A DNA stretch of 64,000 bases, taken from assembly GCA_951406725.2 (NCBI GenBank), contig OX597819.1, positions 31,806,001 through 31,870,000 on the forward strand, in the 5' to 3' direction. This DNA is from Octopus vulgaris. Taxonomy: Eukaryota. The translations under genes and the position numbers were made by a program. Positions 52,993 to 64,000 of the stretch are shown here, one piece after another (positions within the stretch are counted from its first letter, which is position 1; each line of letters starts with the position of its first letter). The notes beneath the pieces are model-generated. The model had not been told where the DNA came from. It saw only the letters and a program-made list of their open reading frames with translations, and ran no database searches.

Positions 52993-53609
52993 AGAGGTCT
53001 GATCAATATGTATCAGGACTGTTGCCATAGTAACGAGGCTAGAGTACGCAAAGTGAAGCCGCTTCGCACAGATTGACCTTGACCTCAGCTCACTTTCGCT
53101 ATTTACAGCAGTGCTTCGAAGTAACGTGTGTAACGCGTGATCGTCGCATTGACCATTACAGAGAAAATTGTCATGACGATACTTGCTCAGAGGCCTACGC
53201 AAAATTGCAGAAAGTGTATGGAGAGGAGTGTATGAGCCGCACACGAGTAGTGTACGGGTGGTTCACATGTTTCCAAGATGGCCGTGGAAATGTCGATATT
53301 GACAAATGCTTTGGGAGACCCGCAACTAGCAGAACTGAGAAAGGCATTGCAGATGTGCATGCAGCTGTGATGGGAAATCGTCGAATCACCATCCGTGAGT
53401 TATCAGATGTGTCATGGTTAATGCGACGAACACACGCTACATACGTTACTTCCAAGCACTGCTGTAAACAGCGGAATTGAGCTACAATGTTAAAACTTGG
53501 TGCACATGCACAGCAGAGTTCAAAATCATTCTGTACCAAGCGGCTTTACTCTGTGTATTTTAGCTTCGTTACTATGGCAACAGTCCGGATACTTATTGAT
53601 CAGACCATA
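52993..53609. mobile_element. Palindromic mariner-derived MITE with N-terminal transposase remnant
   Basis: Inverted arms of ~165-200 bp (GGTCTGATCAATA.GTATC.GGACTGTTGCCATAGTAACGA...); spacer encodes EAYAKLQKVYGEECMSRTRV..WF..FQDGR...GRP...NRRITIREL. Confidence 0.88.
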
Positions 53610-53847
53610 TATAACGTGTGTAAGTCTCTGTGTGTGTGTATTCGTCTGTGTCTGTGTTTGTGTGTTAGTGTGTGTGCGTGTGCGTGCGTCTGTGTGTTTG
53701 TGTGTTAGTGTGTGTATGTGTACGTATGTGTTGTATGTGTGTGCGTGTGTGTGTGCGCGCGCGCGCGCGTGAAATTGGAGATAAGTCACCCTTTAATCAC
53801 CCTATCTGGAGGTTAGAGTACATAGCTGAAGCTACAAAACCAGCTGA

Positions 53848-54005
53848 AGCCATGCTGGAGCACCACCTTTAGTCGAACAAATCGACCCCAGGACTTATTC
53901 CTTGCAAGTCTAGTACATGTACAATCGATTTCTTTTGCCGAACAGCTAAGTTACGGGAACGTAAACACACCAGCATCAGTTGTCAAGCGATGTTGGGGGG
54001 CACAA

Positions 54006-54086
<81 letters not shown>

Positions 54087-54246
54087 CGACCGGTTTTTTT
54101 CAGTTTCCGTCTACCAAATCCACTCACAAGGCTTTGGTCGGCCCGGGGCTATAGTAGAAGACACTTGCCCAAGGTGCGACGCAGTGAGACTGAAACCAGA
54201 ACCATGTGGTTGGTAAACAAGCTACTTACCACGCAACCATTCCTGT
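53848..54246 (-). mobile_element. SINE-B
   Basis: Both halves recognisable. Confidence 0.9.
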
Positions 54247-54835
54247 AGTTTATTTAACGATCCCAAAAGTATAAGAGGCAGAGCTGATCTCGACCGGATT
54301 TGAACACGTAGCGCTGGGAGACATTCTATATGACATTCAAGCAACTCTGTCAAATAGCCACCTACATTACACCTGTTGGAACTTGGGCTGTATATAATCT
54401 TATTTGCTGGTCGTGCAACAACCTAATTCATACCTGATAATTCTTGAAATATCCTTGTATCTTTTATGGATTGTGGCCATAATGTTGCACCACCCTGAAG
54501 AACTTCGTCTAATAGATCGACCCCAGTATTTATTTTTCTCTGTTACTTATTCTACTAGTGTCTTTTGCCCAGCCACGGAGACAAATATAAACCAACATCG
54601 GCTGTCAAGAGGTGTTGGTTGGACAAGCATCGACACTCACTTCGGCCTCCCATACAGTTCACATCTACCAGATACACACACAAGATGTCAGCTCGGAGCT
54701 ATAGGAAAAGGTAGTTGCCCAAAGTGCCGTGCAATGGGACTGAACTCGGAACGGCAGGCTTGCAAAACGAGCTTCTTCACCACTCAATTATGCCTGTGTC
54801 TATTCTTAACCATGCAGCTATGCCCATTATAAATA

Positions 54836-55259
54836 TCTATTTCTTTACTGCCCAGAAGGTGCTAAACGTAGAGGGGACAAACAAGGACGGACGAAGGGAT
54901 TGAGTCGATTATATCGCCCCCAGTGCGAAACTGGTACTTTATTTATCGACCTCGAAAGGATGAAAGGCAATGTTGACCTCGGCGGAATTTGAACTCAGAA
55001 CGTAACGACAGACGAAATACCTATTTCTATTTCTTTATTACCCACAAGGGGCTAAACACAGAGGGGACAAACAAGGACAGATATAGGTATTAAGTCGATT
55101 ATATCGCCCCCAGTGCGAAACTGGTACTTTATTTATCGACCTCGAAAGGATGAAAGGCAAAGTTGACCTCGGCGGAATTTGAACTCAGAACGTAACGACA
55201 GACAAAATACCGCTAAGCATTTCGCCCGGCGCGCTAACGTGTCTGCTAGCTCGCCGCCT
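54836..55259 (-). mobile_element. SINE-C tandem dimer
   Basis: Junction gaaatac|ctatttc at ~55014-55027; flanks cattataaatatc on both sides. Confidence 0.92.
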
Positions 55260-55597
55260 TACATTATAAATATCCTAAAACTGATTGTGCACATCGATAA
55301 AAGTTGCACGAAAAAGTCATAGATTTAAACAAACAGTGTCATTGCTACGAGAGTACCATAGCTCCAACAGAGCAATTAGTCAACCATAATTGCCTTATTA
55401 TATGGTCTGCAGACAACTCGCCCTGGGAGAAAGCTGTCCAATCTCCACCATTGCGTGTTCCAAATTAAACTGAAGCTGGAATAATGCTATAGATTATATC
55501 GTAAAGCATTATCGATATGATGCATGTATTACTGTTTAGCCCCAGATCGCCCTGGTCGAGAAGGTCTATTAGTCCATTAGTAAAGGAATTCCGCCGG

Positions 55598-55745
55598 GTA
55601 GGAAGCTTGCTTCCTAACCATATAGATTCGGGTTCAGTCCCACTGCGTGGCACCTTGGCCAGGTGTCGTCCACTATAATCTCGAGCCGACCAAAGTCTTG
55701 TGAGTGGATTTGGTAGACTGAAACTGAAAAAGGAGCCCGCCGTAT
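55598..55745 (+). mobile_element. SINE-B 5' half
   Basis: gggttcagtcccactgcgtggcacctt...gtgagtggatttggtagac. Confidence 0.85.
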
Positions 55746-55750
55746 ATATG

Positions 55751-55805
<55 letters not shown>

Positions 55806-55840
55806 CAATAATAATAATGACGGTAATAATAATAATAATG

Positions 55841-55913
<73 letters not shown>

Positions 55914-55928
55914 CAACAACAACAATAA

Positions 55929-56003
55929 TAGTGTCTTTTGCCCAGCCACGGAGACAAATATAAACCAACATCGGCTGTCAAGAGGTGTTGGTTGGACAAG
56001 CAT
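55929..56003 (+). repeat. Exact 75-bp duplicate of 54556-54630
   Basis: tagtgtcttttgcccagccacggagac...gttggttggacaagcat present at both sites. Confidence 0.93.
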
Positions 56004-56004
56004 T

Positions 56005-56847
56005 GGTTGGTAAGCTCCATCCAAGGCTAAATACGGGGACGAGTCCGATAGCCGACAAGTACCGCGAGGGAAAGTTGAAAAGAACTTTGGAGAGAGAGTT
56101 CAAGAGACCGTGAAACCGCCCAGGGGTAAACGGGTAGGACCGCTCACCGCGATCGCGAGGGGACTCAGTCCGCTGCTTCACGCCGAGGCGCCGTCGTCGT
56201 CGACGAACGCGCCGGTGGCGGCCGCTCGTTCCGCGGGCGGTCGTCTGCCGCCTCGTCGGCGTTCGATTCCCGGGGTGCCGGCATCGGACGCACTTCCCCT
56301 CCGATCCGTCGTCGCGACCCGTTTCCCGTCGGACCGGTAGGCGCGCGGCGTCCGCAGGTCGCAGACGAGAGCCCCGTCGCCGCCGCGCAAGCGGCGGTCG
56401 GTGGGATCCACGCGCTCTTCTCGACCGGGCCCGTCGCTCCACGTAAAGCGCAGGCACGGCTAACCGACGGAGACGGGCAAACGCACCTCGCCCTTAGCAC
56501 GAACGACGCAGCGAGTCGCGCGCGGCCTCTTCGCGGAGGTCGCGAGCGACGCGGCCGCCCGCGCGCCGCGACTGCGCGGAAGCCCTCGCAAGGGGGCGAC
56601 GCGCGTTGCGGTCGCGGGACACCCCGCCCGAAAAGCCGCCCGCTGCCGCCGGTCAGCGACGAGCATCGGCAACCTACCTGACCCGTCTTGAAACACGGAC
56701 CGAGGAGTCCCAGTCGACTGCGAGTCGTTGGAGCCTTTCACTTCGCGAACTCCGACGGCACAGCGAAAGCGAGAACGTGACACGACGTCGCCGTCTCGCT
56801 TCGGCGGGACGGCGCTTCGAAGCATCGTTCCCGGGTCGGGTCCGCGC

Positions 56848-56849
<2 letters not shown>
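56005..56849 (+). pseudogene. 28S rRNA fragment (conserved core + D2 + start of D3), dispersed copy
   Basis: aaggctaaatac, gacaagtaccgcgagggaaagttgaaaagaacttt, acccgtcttgaaacacggacc; GC-rich expansion segment; bounded by (AAT)n. Confidence 0.95.
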
Positions 56850-56885
<36 letters not shown>

Positions 56886-56886
56886 C

Positions 56887-57090
56887 CTCTTTACTAAAGG
56901 CACAAGGCCTGAAATTTCGTGAGGAGGGAACTAGTCGATTACATCGACTCCAGTGTTTCACTGGTACTTAATTTATCGACTCCCAAAGGATGAAAGCCAA
57001 AGTCGATCACGGCGGAATTTGAAATCAGAGCGTAAAGACGGACTATGTGCTGCTAAACATTTTATTCGGCGTGCCAGCGATTGTGCCTAT
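56887..57090 (-). mobile_element. SINE-C, older subfamily
   Basis: aaggcacaaggcctgaaatt...gtacttaatttatcgac...ggcggaatttgaa. Confidence 0.8.
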
Positions 57091-57492
57091 TCAATAATAA
57101 TAATGATAATAATAATAATAATAACAATAATGGTTTCAAATTTTTCCACACTGGCAACATTTTTGGAGAAGGATAGTAGTCGATTACGTCGACTCCGGTG
57201 TTTCACTGGTACTTTATTTATCGGCCCCGAAAGAATGAAAGGCACACACATGCACACAGCGTAGTTGATAGCATGAAAGACACACGGTCATATTAGTCGC
57301 ACGCCAATTTCAGCAGCGCACATTTAGGAAACAAAGCGTTTAGTGCATTAACTAAAGCAAATAATATTAATTTCAAATGTTGGTAGAAGGCCAGCAATTT
57401 CGGGGGAGGGGGTAAGTCGATCAAATAGACCTCCACCCGTATTCAGCTGGTACTTATGTCATAGCATGTAATATAGCATCTAATATTTATGA

Positions 57493-58080
57493 AGGCGGCG
57501 AGCTGGCAGAATCGTTAGCACGCCGGGCGAAATGCTTAGCGGTATTTCGTCTGCCGTTACGTTGTGAGTTCAAATTCCGCCGAGGTCGACTTTGCCTTTC
57601 ATCCTTTCGGGGTCGATAAATTAAGTACCAGTTACGCACTGGGGTCGATGTAATCGACTTAATACCTATGTCTGTCCATGTTTGTCCCCTCTATATTTAG
57701 CCCCTTGTGGGTAGTAAAGAAATAGGTATTTCGTCTGCCGTTACGTTCTGAGTTCAAATTCCGCCGAGGGCGACTTTGCCTTTCATCCTTTCGGGGTCGA
57801 TAAAATAAGTACCAGTTACGCAATGGGGTCGATGTAATCGACTTAATTCCTTTGTCTGTCCTTGTTTGTCCCCTCTATGTTTAGGCCCATGTGGGCATTA
57901 AAGAAATAAGAATCGTTAGCACACCGGGCAAAATGCTTAGCGGCATTTCGTCCGTCTTCATGTTCTGAGTTCAAATCACCTCGAGGTTGACTTTCCCTTC
58001 ATTCTCTCGAGGAAGTACAAGTTGCGCATCGGGGTCGATGTAATCAACTTACCCTACCCCCTAAATTGCTGGCCTTGTGT
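57493..58080 (+). mobile_element. SINE-C tandem trimer
   Basis: Head + body, junction aagaaata|ggtatttcg (~57717-57733), body, junction aagaaata|agaatcg (~57901-57915), older body. Confidence 0.93.
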
Positions 58081-58099
58081 CAAAATTTTAAACCAATAT

Positions 58100-58332
58100 A
58101 TATTTCTTTACTACCCACAAGGGGCTAAACATAGAGGGGACAAACAAGGACAGACAAAGGGATTAAGTCGATTACATCGACCTCAGTGCGTAAATGGTAC
58201 TTAATTTAGCGACCTCGAAAGGATGAAAGGCAAAGTCGACCTCGGCGGAATTTGAACTCGGAACGTAACGACAGATGAAATACGGCCACGCATTTCGCCC
58301 GGCGTGCTAACGTTTCTGCCAGCTCACCGCCT
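58100..58332 (-). mobile_element. SINE-C monomer
   Basis: Full head and tail. Confidence 0.92.
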
Positions 58333-59351
58333 AATCAATTTTAATATTTATAACAGTGTCGCATATAGAAATTGGGATGTTTTTTTGAGAAACACTTTGG
58401 AAATAAGAAGGTGCTTCTTATATGCTATCAATTACGGTGATTATTCTAGCTTAAGTTTGGAGTACGGTGTGTATTACTCTTAATTTTTTCTTCATTAAAC
58501 TTTCACAATAATAATGCGTAACAGAAGGGAATAAATTTATGTTATGCTAATTACAGAAATTATATTCGCTATAGGTTTGTTGAGGCGACGGATTATTCAG
58601 GTGGCTATACGGTATGAACTTCAAGAAAATTCCCAGCCTCATCGTAGTTGCGGCGATAGTTTCACTCAATTTGCAATCGATCAGCCACTTTGTTGTGATA
58701 TCGAAATATTGATTTTGGCCGTCGTTATTAAATGCAATAAAATCGCATTTTCTTTCCTCTTTTTCTCTTTTAGTTTTTTTTTTTTTTTTTTTTTTACCGA
58801 AGGAATGACATGGATTACGAAAAAAGTTTGACGGAAATTGGATAGCTTCTCTCAGGGCGTCTTGGTTTTCAGCCACATAATACGGCAGTTGTGATTGGTT
58901 AATTGCTATATCGGGTTCATCGTAGTCTTATGACAATGCTGCTGATTGGTTAAATATAGAAAGAAACTGTAAGAAAAAAAATTGGATTTTTTTACAGATT
59001 AATGTGCAACATTTATCCAAAAGGCCAACCAATCAATCAATCAATCAATACATACATACATACATGCATATATACATACATACATACATACATACATACA
59101 AACAGAGGGACCGACAGACAGACAGACAGATAGACAGACAAATACACATACAGATAGATAGATAGATGGACAGCATTATTGCCAAATGGTAGTCTTTAAA
59201 TCTTATTTTCTGCGGATGCACTGTAAGTGCGCCGTAATACTGCGATATTCGTCCCGAGAAAGCCTCTTGTGTAGACGTTTAGGGTATAGAATTATAGAGA
59301 TATAGCTAGCATATGAGGACCATCCAGCATTGGTGGAGATATCTCTATGCT

Positions 59352-59451
59352 NNNNNNNNNNNNNNNNNNNNNNNNNNNNNNNNNNNNNNNNNNNNNNNNN
59401 NNNNNNNNNNNNNNNNNNNNNNNNNNNNNNNNNNNNNNNNNNNNNNNNNNN
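59352..59451. other. Assembly gap (100 N)
   Basis: Run of N. Confidence 1.
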
Positions 59452-59457
59452 AAAAAA

Positions 59458-59800
59458 GGTATTTCGTCTGCCGCTACGTTCTGAGTTCAAATTCCGCCGA
59501 GGTCGACTTTGCCTCTCATCCTTTCGGGGTCGATTAAATAAGTACCAGTTACGCACTGGGGTCGATATAATCGACTTAATCCGTTTGCCTGTCCTCTCTG
59601 TGTTTAGCCCCTTGTGGTTAGTAAAGAAATTGGTATTTCGTTTGTCTTCGTGTTCTGAGTTCAAATTCCGCTATGGTCGACTTTGCTTTTCATCCTTTCG
59701 GGGTCGATAAATTAAGGACCAGTTGCGTACTGGAGTCGATCTAATCGATTTGTCTCCTCCCACAAAATTTCTGGCCTTGTGCCTAGAGTAGAAAAGAATA
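59458..59800 (+). mobile_element. SINE-C tandem array abutting the gap
   Basis: Starts at ggtatttcg; junction aaagaaatt|ggtatttcg at ~59623-59640. Confidence 0.9.
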
Positions 59801-60329
59801 TTAACTTCGTATCCCTTTCTCAACCAGTCTTTGGGTACCATGAAAATAGTTACGATCATCCTCTGATTAAATCATAAATCAAAAAGAGGTATTTGTTTGT
59901 GTGTGTATGTGCGAGTTTCTGTGAGGGTGCGTTTGAAGATGAATGTGTTTGTGTATGAGAGTGTGTATAGATGAATGATTGAATGTGTATGTGTGCGTGT
60001 GAATGTGGATGTGTAACTATGCGTGTCTATGTATGTGGGTGAGTGCCTGGGAGTGTGTAATTAGAATATCTGAGTGTTTGTGTGTTAGCTATGTTATTGA
60101 GTGTGTGTGTGCGTTTGTGTGCGTATTCCTATTTGTGTGTTTGTTTGTGTATGTATGTGTGTGTGTGTGTGAGTATTTGTGTGTGAGTGTGTGTGTGTAG
60201 GTGTGCAGCCGTGCGTGTCGCTGTTTGTAGATTAAGTGTCCATGTGTGTTTGAATGTGTGTCTAGACGAATGTCTGTGTATATGTAGATGACTCCCTCTC
60301 TACCTCTCTCTTCACACACACACACACAC

Positions 60330-60408
<79 letters not shown>

Positions 60409-60937
60409 TATATATATGCGTGTGTATGTGTGAACGTATGTATAAATATGTGTGTGCATGTATGTAAACATGTATGGATGCATCTATACGTTAGTGTCTA
60501 AATTTGAAGTTGTCTATTTTGATTTAGTGACATTTACTAACATTTAGTAACATTTAGTGAAGTCTAGATAACATTTTAGGATTGTCAATGTGTTATTTAT
60601 TCATGTTTAAAAATAAAGATCTGAGCACAAAATATTTTTCACACTATTTTAATAGAAATGACAGTTTCTTTCTGATTCTATGATAACAGTGTGTATGCAT
60701 TCAACTCAACATCGACAGAGACAGGGAGCTATGTATGTATGTATGTATGTATGTATGTATGTATGTATGTATGTATGTATGTATGTATGTATGTATGTAT
60801 GTATGTATGTATGTATGTACGTAGATATGTGTGTATATGTATATGTATATATGTATGTATGTATATATACACGTATAATATATATACATATATATATATA
60901 TACACATATAATATCCACAGTATATATATATATATTC

Positions 60938-61130
60938 ACCGTGCTTGACCGCTAAATCTACACGTTTTTCTTTAATTCTCTCTTTTTATTTTCTCTTATT
61001 CCTTTCTGTTGAAGAGCATAGGCTCGAAACATAAAAGACTTTTTCATTTTCTCGAGCGTCAAACTAATACACCTGCTTATTGTTCATACACCTGTCTTCG
61101 TCATATATTTTTCTATAAATTTCCACTATA
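60938..61130 (+). mobile_element. Penelope-like 3' tail with minimal HHR motif
   Basis: CTTT-CTGTTGA-A-GAGC-ATAG-GCTC-GAAAC-ATA-AAAG (61002-61037); downstream aactaatacacctgctt...cacctgtcttcgtc matches 21873-21912. Confidence 0.78.
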
Positions 61131-61140
61131 TATATCTTTC

Positions 61141-61338
61141 TTTTCTTTTATTTGTTTCAGTCATTTGACTGCGGCCATGCTGGAGCACCGCCTTTAGTCG
61201 AGCAAATCGACCCCGGGACTTATTCTTTGTAAGCCCAGTACTTATTGGTCGGCCCGGGGCTATAGCAGAAGACACTTGCCCAAAATGCCACGCAGTGGAA
61301 CTGAACCCGGAACCATGTGGTTGGTTAGCAAGCTACTT
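61141..61338 (-). mobile_element. SINE-B with internal deletion, head cut by the adjacent L1/Tx1-like element
   Basis: cccagtacttat|tggtcggcccgg joins the two halves; head ends at aagctactt. Confidence 0.85.
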
Positions 61339-63300
61339 TATTTCAAAAATTTTGCCATTAGGGCAGCACACAGAGTAGCTACAGGCTGGACAAAGACATT
61401 AATGAATGATGATGATGGATGAAGATGGTGATGGGAGAAGACAAAAGCGCCCGCCGACTTTCGCTTCTCTAAAACATTGTTCAAAATTTACAGACAATAC
61501 AACAATTTACAAATTTTTAGAGGAGGCAATGAACCTCCTCTTCAACATGTTACAAAATGTTCAAAAAGCCTATGTAACCCGGCCGACCATCGCTCTTGCC
61601 TCATCGAGGCAATAATCGCTGGTCAGGCCGGTGTCCATAGGTGTGATCTTGAATGAGTCCGCCGGGAAGGAACCCACGATCCTGCCTAGATTACCCCTTC
61701 CTACGACCTCCGCAGTCTACTGCGAAGGCCACTCGGGGTCCTCCGCACAGGACCGGAGTACCTCCCAACGTCCTCTCTTTCTCACTTTGCGTACGGTGCT
61801 CTCCACCGTTCCTCCTTTAAAAAAGAGGAGCACACAGTCTTCTGATAGGACCCGGGAGACTCGGGAGACGCCGTCTGCGTATCACAATCCGCCTGCGGCG
61901 CTCCGTTTCTCCTTTTTTTCTTTTTTTTTGGCCCTGGGCCACGGGAGGCTGAGGTTCCGGAGCTGCACGCACCGGGTTCTCCTCTCCCGCAGCTTTCAGG
62001 TCCTTTGGTGGGTCGCCATTTCTCTTTCTTTTGGAGGAAGTTTTTTCCTCCTCATTTTGTTTCTCTCCCTCCATTGAAGAGGCAGAGAGAGGCTCCGATA
62101 TCAGCCGCTCCAGGATCCTACTCTGGTCCCTGGGGAAGTTCTTCTTGATGTGGCCGGTCTACAAACACAGGTGACACTTGGGTGGGGGGGGGGGGGCGTC
62201 CCTCAAGCATCACCGGATACTTGGACCCGGCCATCCTCAAAAAGTCCGGCAAAACCAGACTCTTGGCTGACTGGGTCCATAGGGTCAAAGTAGCCTTTGA
62301 CCCCTCCCAATCAGCCGCAGGTTGTATCCTAACATTTAGGATTTTTGCGTTACTACCACCCAGACCCCGGTGGATAGAGTCTTCTATCCACTCGGGTTCA
62401 ATGCCGGGTGGCAGGCCGCAGATCCATAATCTTGTTAGTTTTTCTCCCTTGTAACTAGGGAGAAACAAGATCTCTTTGCCCTCAATGGGCTTGCTTGCGA
62501 AATCGCAAGCAGCTTTTGGGGAGTCAAACAGCAACCAAACCGTTGCGTATTTGGCTCCCCGTGTAATGTATTTCACGGCTGGCATATAATCTGCCAGCTC
62601 GTCAATTATTTTTGCCTTCAGAAAGACCGCGATGGTGTTGAGCGACTTTGAATAAGTCCTCAGTACCACGGTCTTATCCTCCAGCTGCTTTAGATACTTT
62701 TTGGGAGCTTCCAGCTCCCACACAATTAATTCTTTTGCCATTTTTAAAACAAAATGCAATAACAGTTCAATAGGAGCAAAACAAATGCGACAGAAAGTAA
62801 GAAGAGAGAACAAAATAGAAACAAGGAATTACAGTAAAAATACAGTTCAAAGAGTTCAAATGAAAGATAGCTAGAATAAAGAGAGTTCAAATATGGCAAA
62901 GAATTATAATTTTTTTTTTTTTTGGCCGAAAAGGTAGTCCTGGCCAAGCGTTAACAGCAATCCCTGGTTATTCTTGGTGCTTCCAAAAAACAGTCTTCGA
63001 ATATCCCTGGTGCCTCCTGGTAATCCAAAAGTGAATCAATATTTTTGAGGAGGGGCTACGCCTCCTCAAAACACACAATACTCACTAAAAAGTGAGACTT
63101 TAAATTCGACAACAGGCAGAAAGAATATATCTGGAGCAAAGTGAAGTTTATTACCCGCTAAAAAAAATATTAATGCTAAATAACATTAAAAGCAAGCAAT
63201 AAACCTCACTAAGCTCCTAAAAATATATAAAACGTCCTACCTGTCGTCGTCAAAAAGTTCAATATTTCACGTGGCAACACGTGACATTCGAAGCAGCAAA
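61337..63300 (-). mobile_element. L1/Tx1-like element encoding ORF1 only (HAL1-like); 5' boundary uncertain
   Basis: ORF1-like protein from 62741, then ~230 bp 3'UTR ending AATAAA at 61337-61342; no endonuclease or RT motifs seen. Confidence 0.6.
61570..62741 (-). pseudogene. L1/Tx1-type ORF1 (RRM-like region + CCHC zinc knuckle), frameshifted
   Basis: ...TRLWICGLPP...LPDFLRMAG...VMLEGRPP, then after a slip in a poly-C run KCHLCL*TGHIKKNF; basic low-complexity C-terminus. Confidence 0.72.
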
Positions 63301-63614
63301 AAAACACGCCTTCCATGCTTTTATAAATCTATAATCAAGGGTACAAGACAATATCAGTATTTTTCGACTCTTATTTCTAGCAACGCTGGTATTATCTTGC
63401 ACCCTTGATTATAGATTTATAAATTTACCTTTGTGTTTTTTATGCTTGCTAGCCACTTATATTATTATTATTTAATAATAATATCCTTATTTATGTGTGT
63501 GTATGTATGTATGTATGTATGTATGTATGTATGTATGTATGTATGTATGTATGTATGTGTATATATGTCGACCTCAGTGCGTAACTGGTACTTATTTAAT
63601 CGACCCCGAAAAGA

Positions 63615-63740
63615 TGTATTAGTATAACGCTCAGGAATTAAAAAAAGTTTTTTACGTTTCGAGCCTACGCTCTTCTACATAAAGGGACACAGAGAAAACA
63701 AGGAGAGAAAAAAATGTGTGTAGTGGCTAACGATCTATCA
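63615..63740 (-). mobile_element. Penelope-like 3' tail with decayed HHR motif
   Basis: ttttacgtttcgagcctacgctcttc, same subfamily as 26255-26465. Confidence 0.7.
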
Positions 63741-64000
63741 TACACACACATACACATACACACATAGAATATACGTTAATTTGTATAAAGATATGCATGC
63801 ATATAATATACCTTAACTCGTCTTAATCAATGTATACTTCACAAAAGTGCCCAATGAAGTGTTCTAAATACTTCGGTGCTACGGCATTAGTCTTCGTTGA
63901 AGAAACAAAATGGAAAGAATGATATCTCGAACATCATCGGTTAAAATCCAAAATATGTTGTATTTTATCATTGTCCCATATGAGTCTTTCTGCATTATAT

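Noticed and set aside
56005-56849. Functional rDNA unit
   Set aside because: Only ~845 bp of 28S with no 18S, 5.8S or ITS; bounded by microsatellites
55978-56961. Arg/Ala-rich ORFs
   Set aside because: Spurious frames over GC-rich 28S rRNA sequence

Overview
Gene-poor, repeat-saturated animal DNA, most likely an octopus. This is inferred from the density of (TA)n/(CA)n/(TACA)n/(AAT)n microsatellites, tRNA-headed SINEs with CORE-, Meta- and V-like domains, a mollusc-like 5S sequence and a very GC-rich 28S D2/D3 expansion segment. I see no convincing host protein-coding exon; nearly all listed ORFs are microsatellite or SINE read-throughs. Recognisable content: (1) four interleaved SINE families, one building tandem arrays through recurring identical junctions; (2) decayed mariner, Tc2, Tigger, hAT and Merlin DNA transposons and MITEs, including a 4-copy MITE with 8-bp TSDs carrying TTAGGG repeats; (3) Penelope-like (PLE), R4/Dong-like and CR1-like retroelement fragments and an ORF1-only L1/Tx1-like element; (4) 5S and 28S rRNA pseudogene fragments. 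The main hidden signal is about 12 hammerhead-ribozyme (HHR) motifs in several unrelated short elements lodged in microsatellites. One is fully canonical (7400-7481) and one family can be traced to the 3' end of the Penelope element at 19.8-21.9 kb. All calls were made by eye; family names are provisional and boundaries approximate unless a TIR or TSD is quoted.
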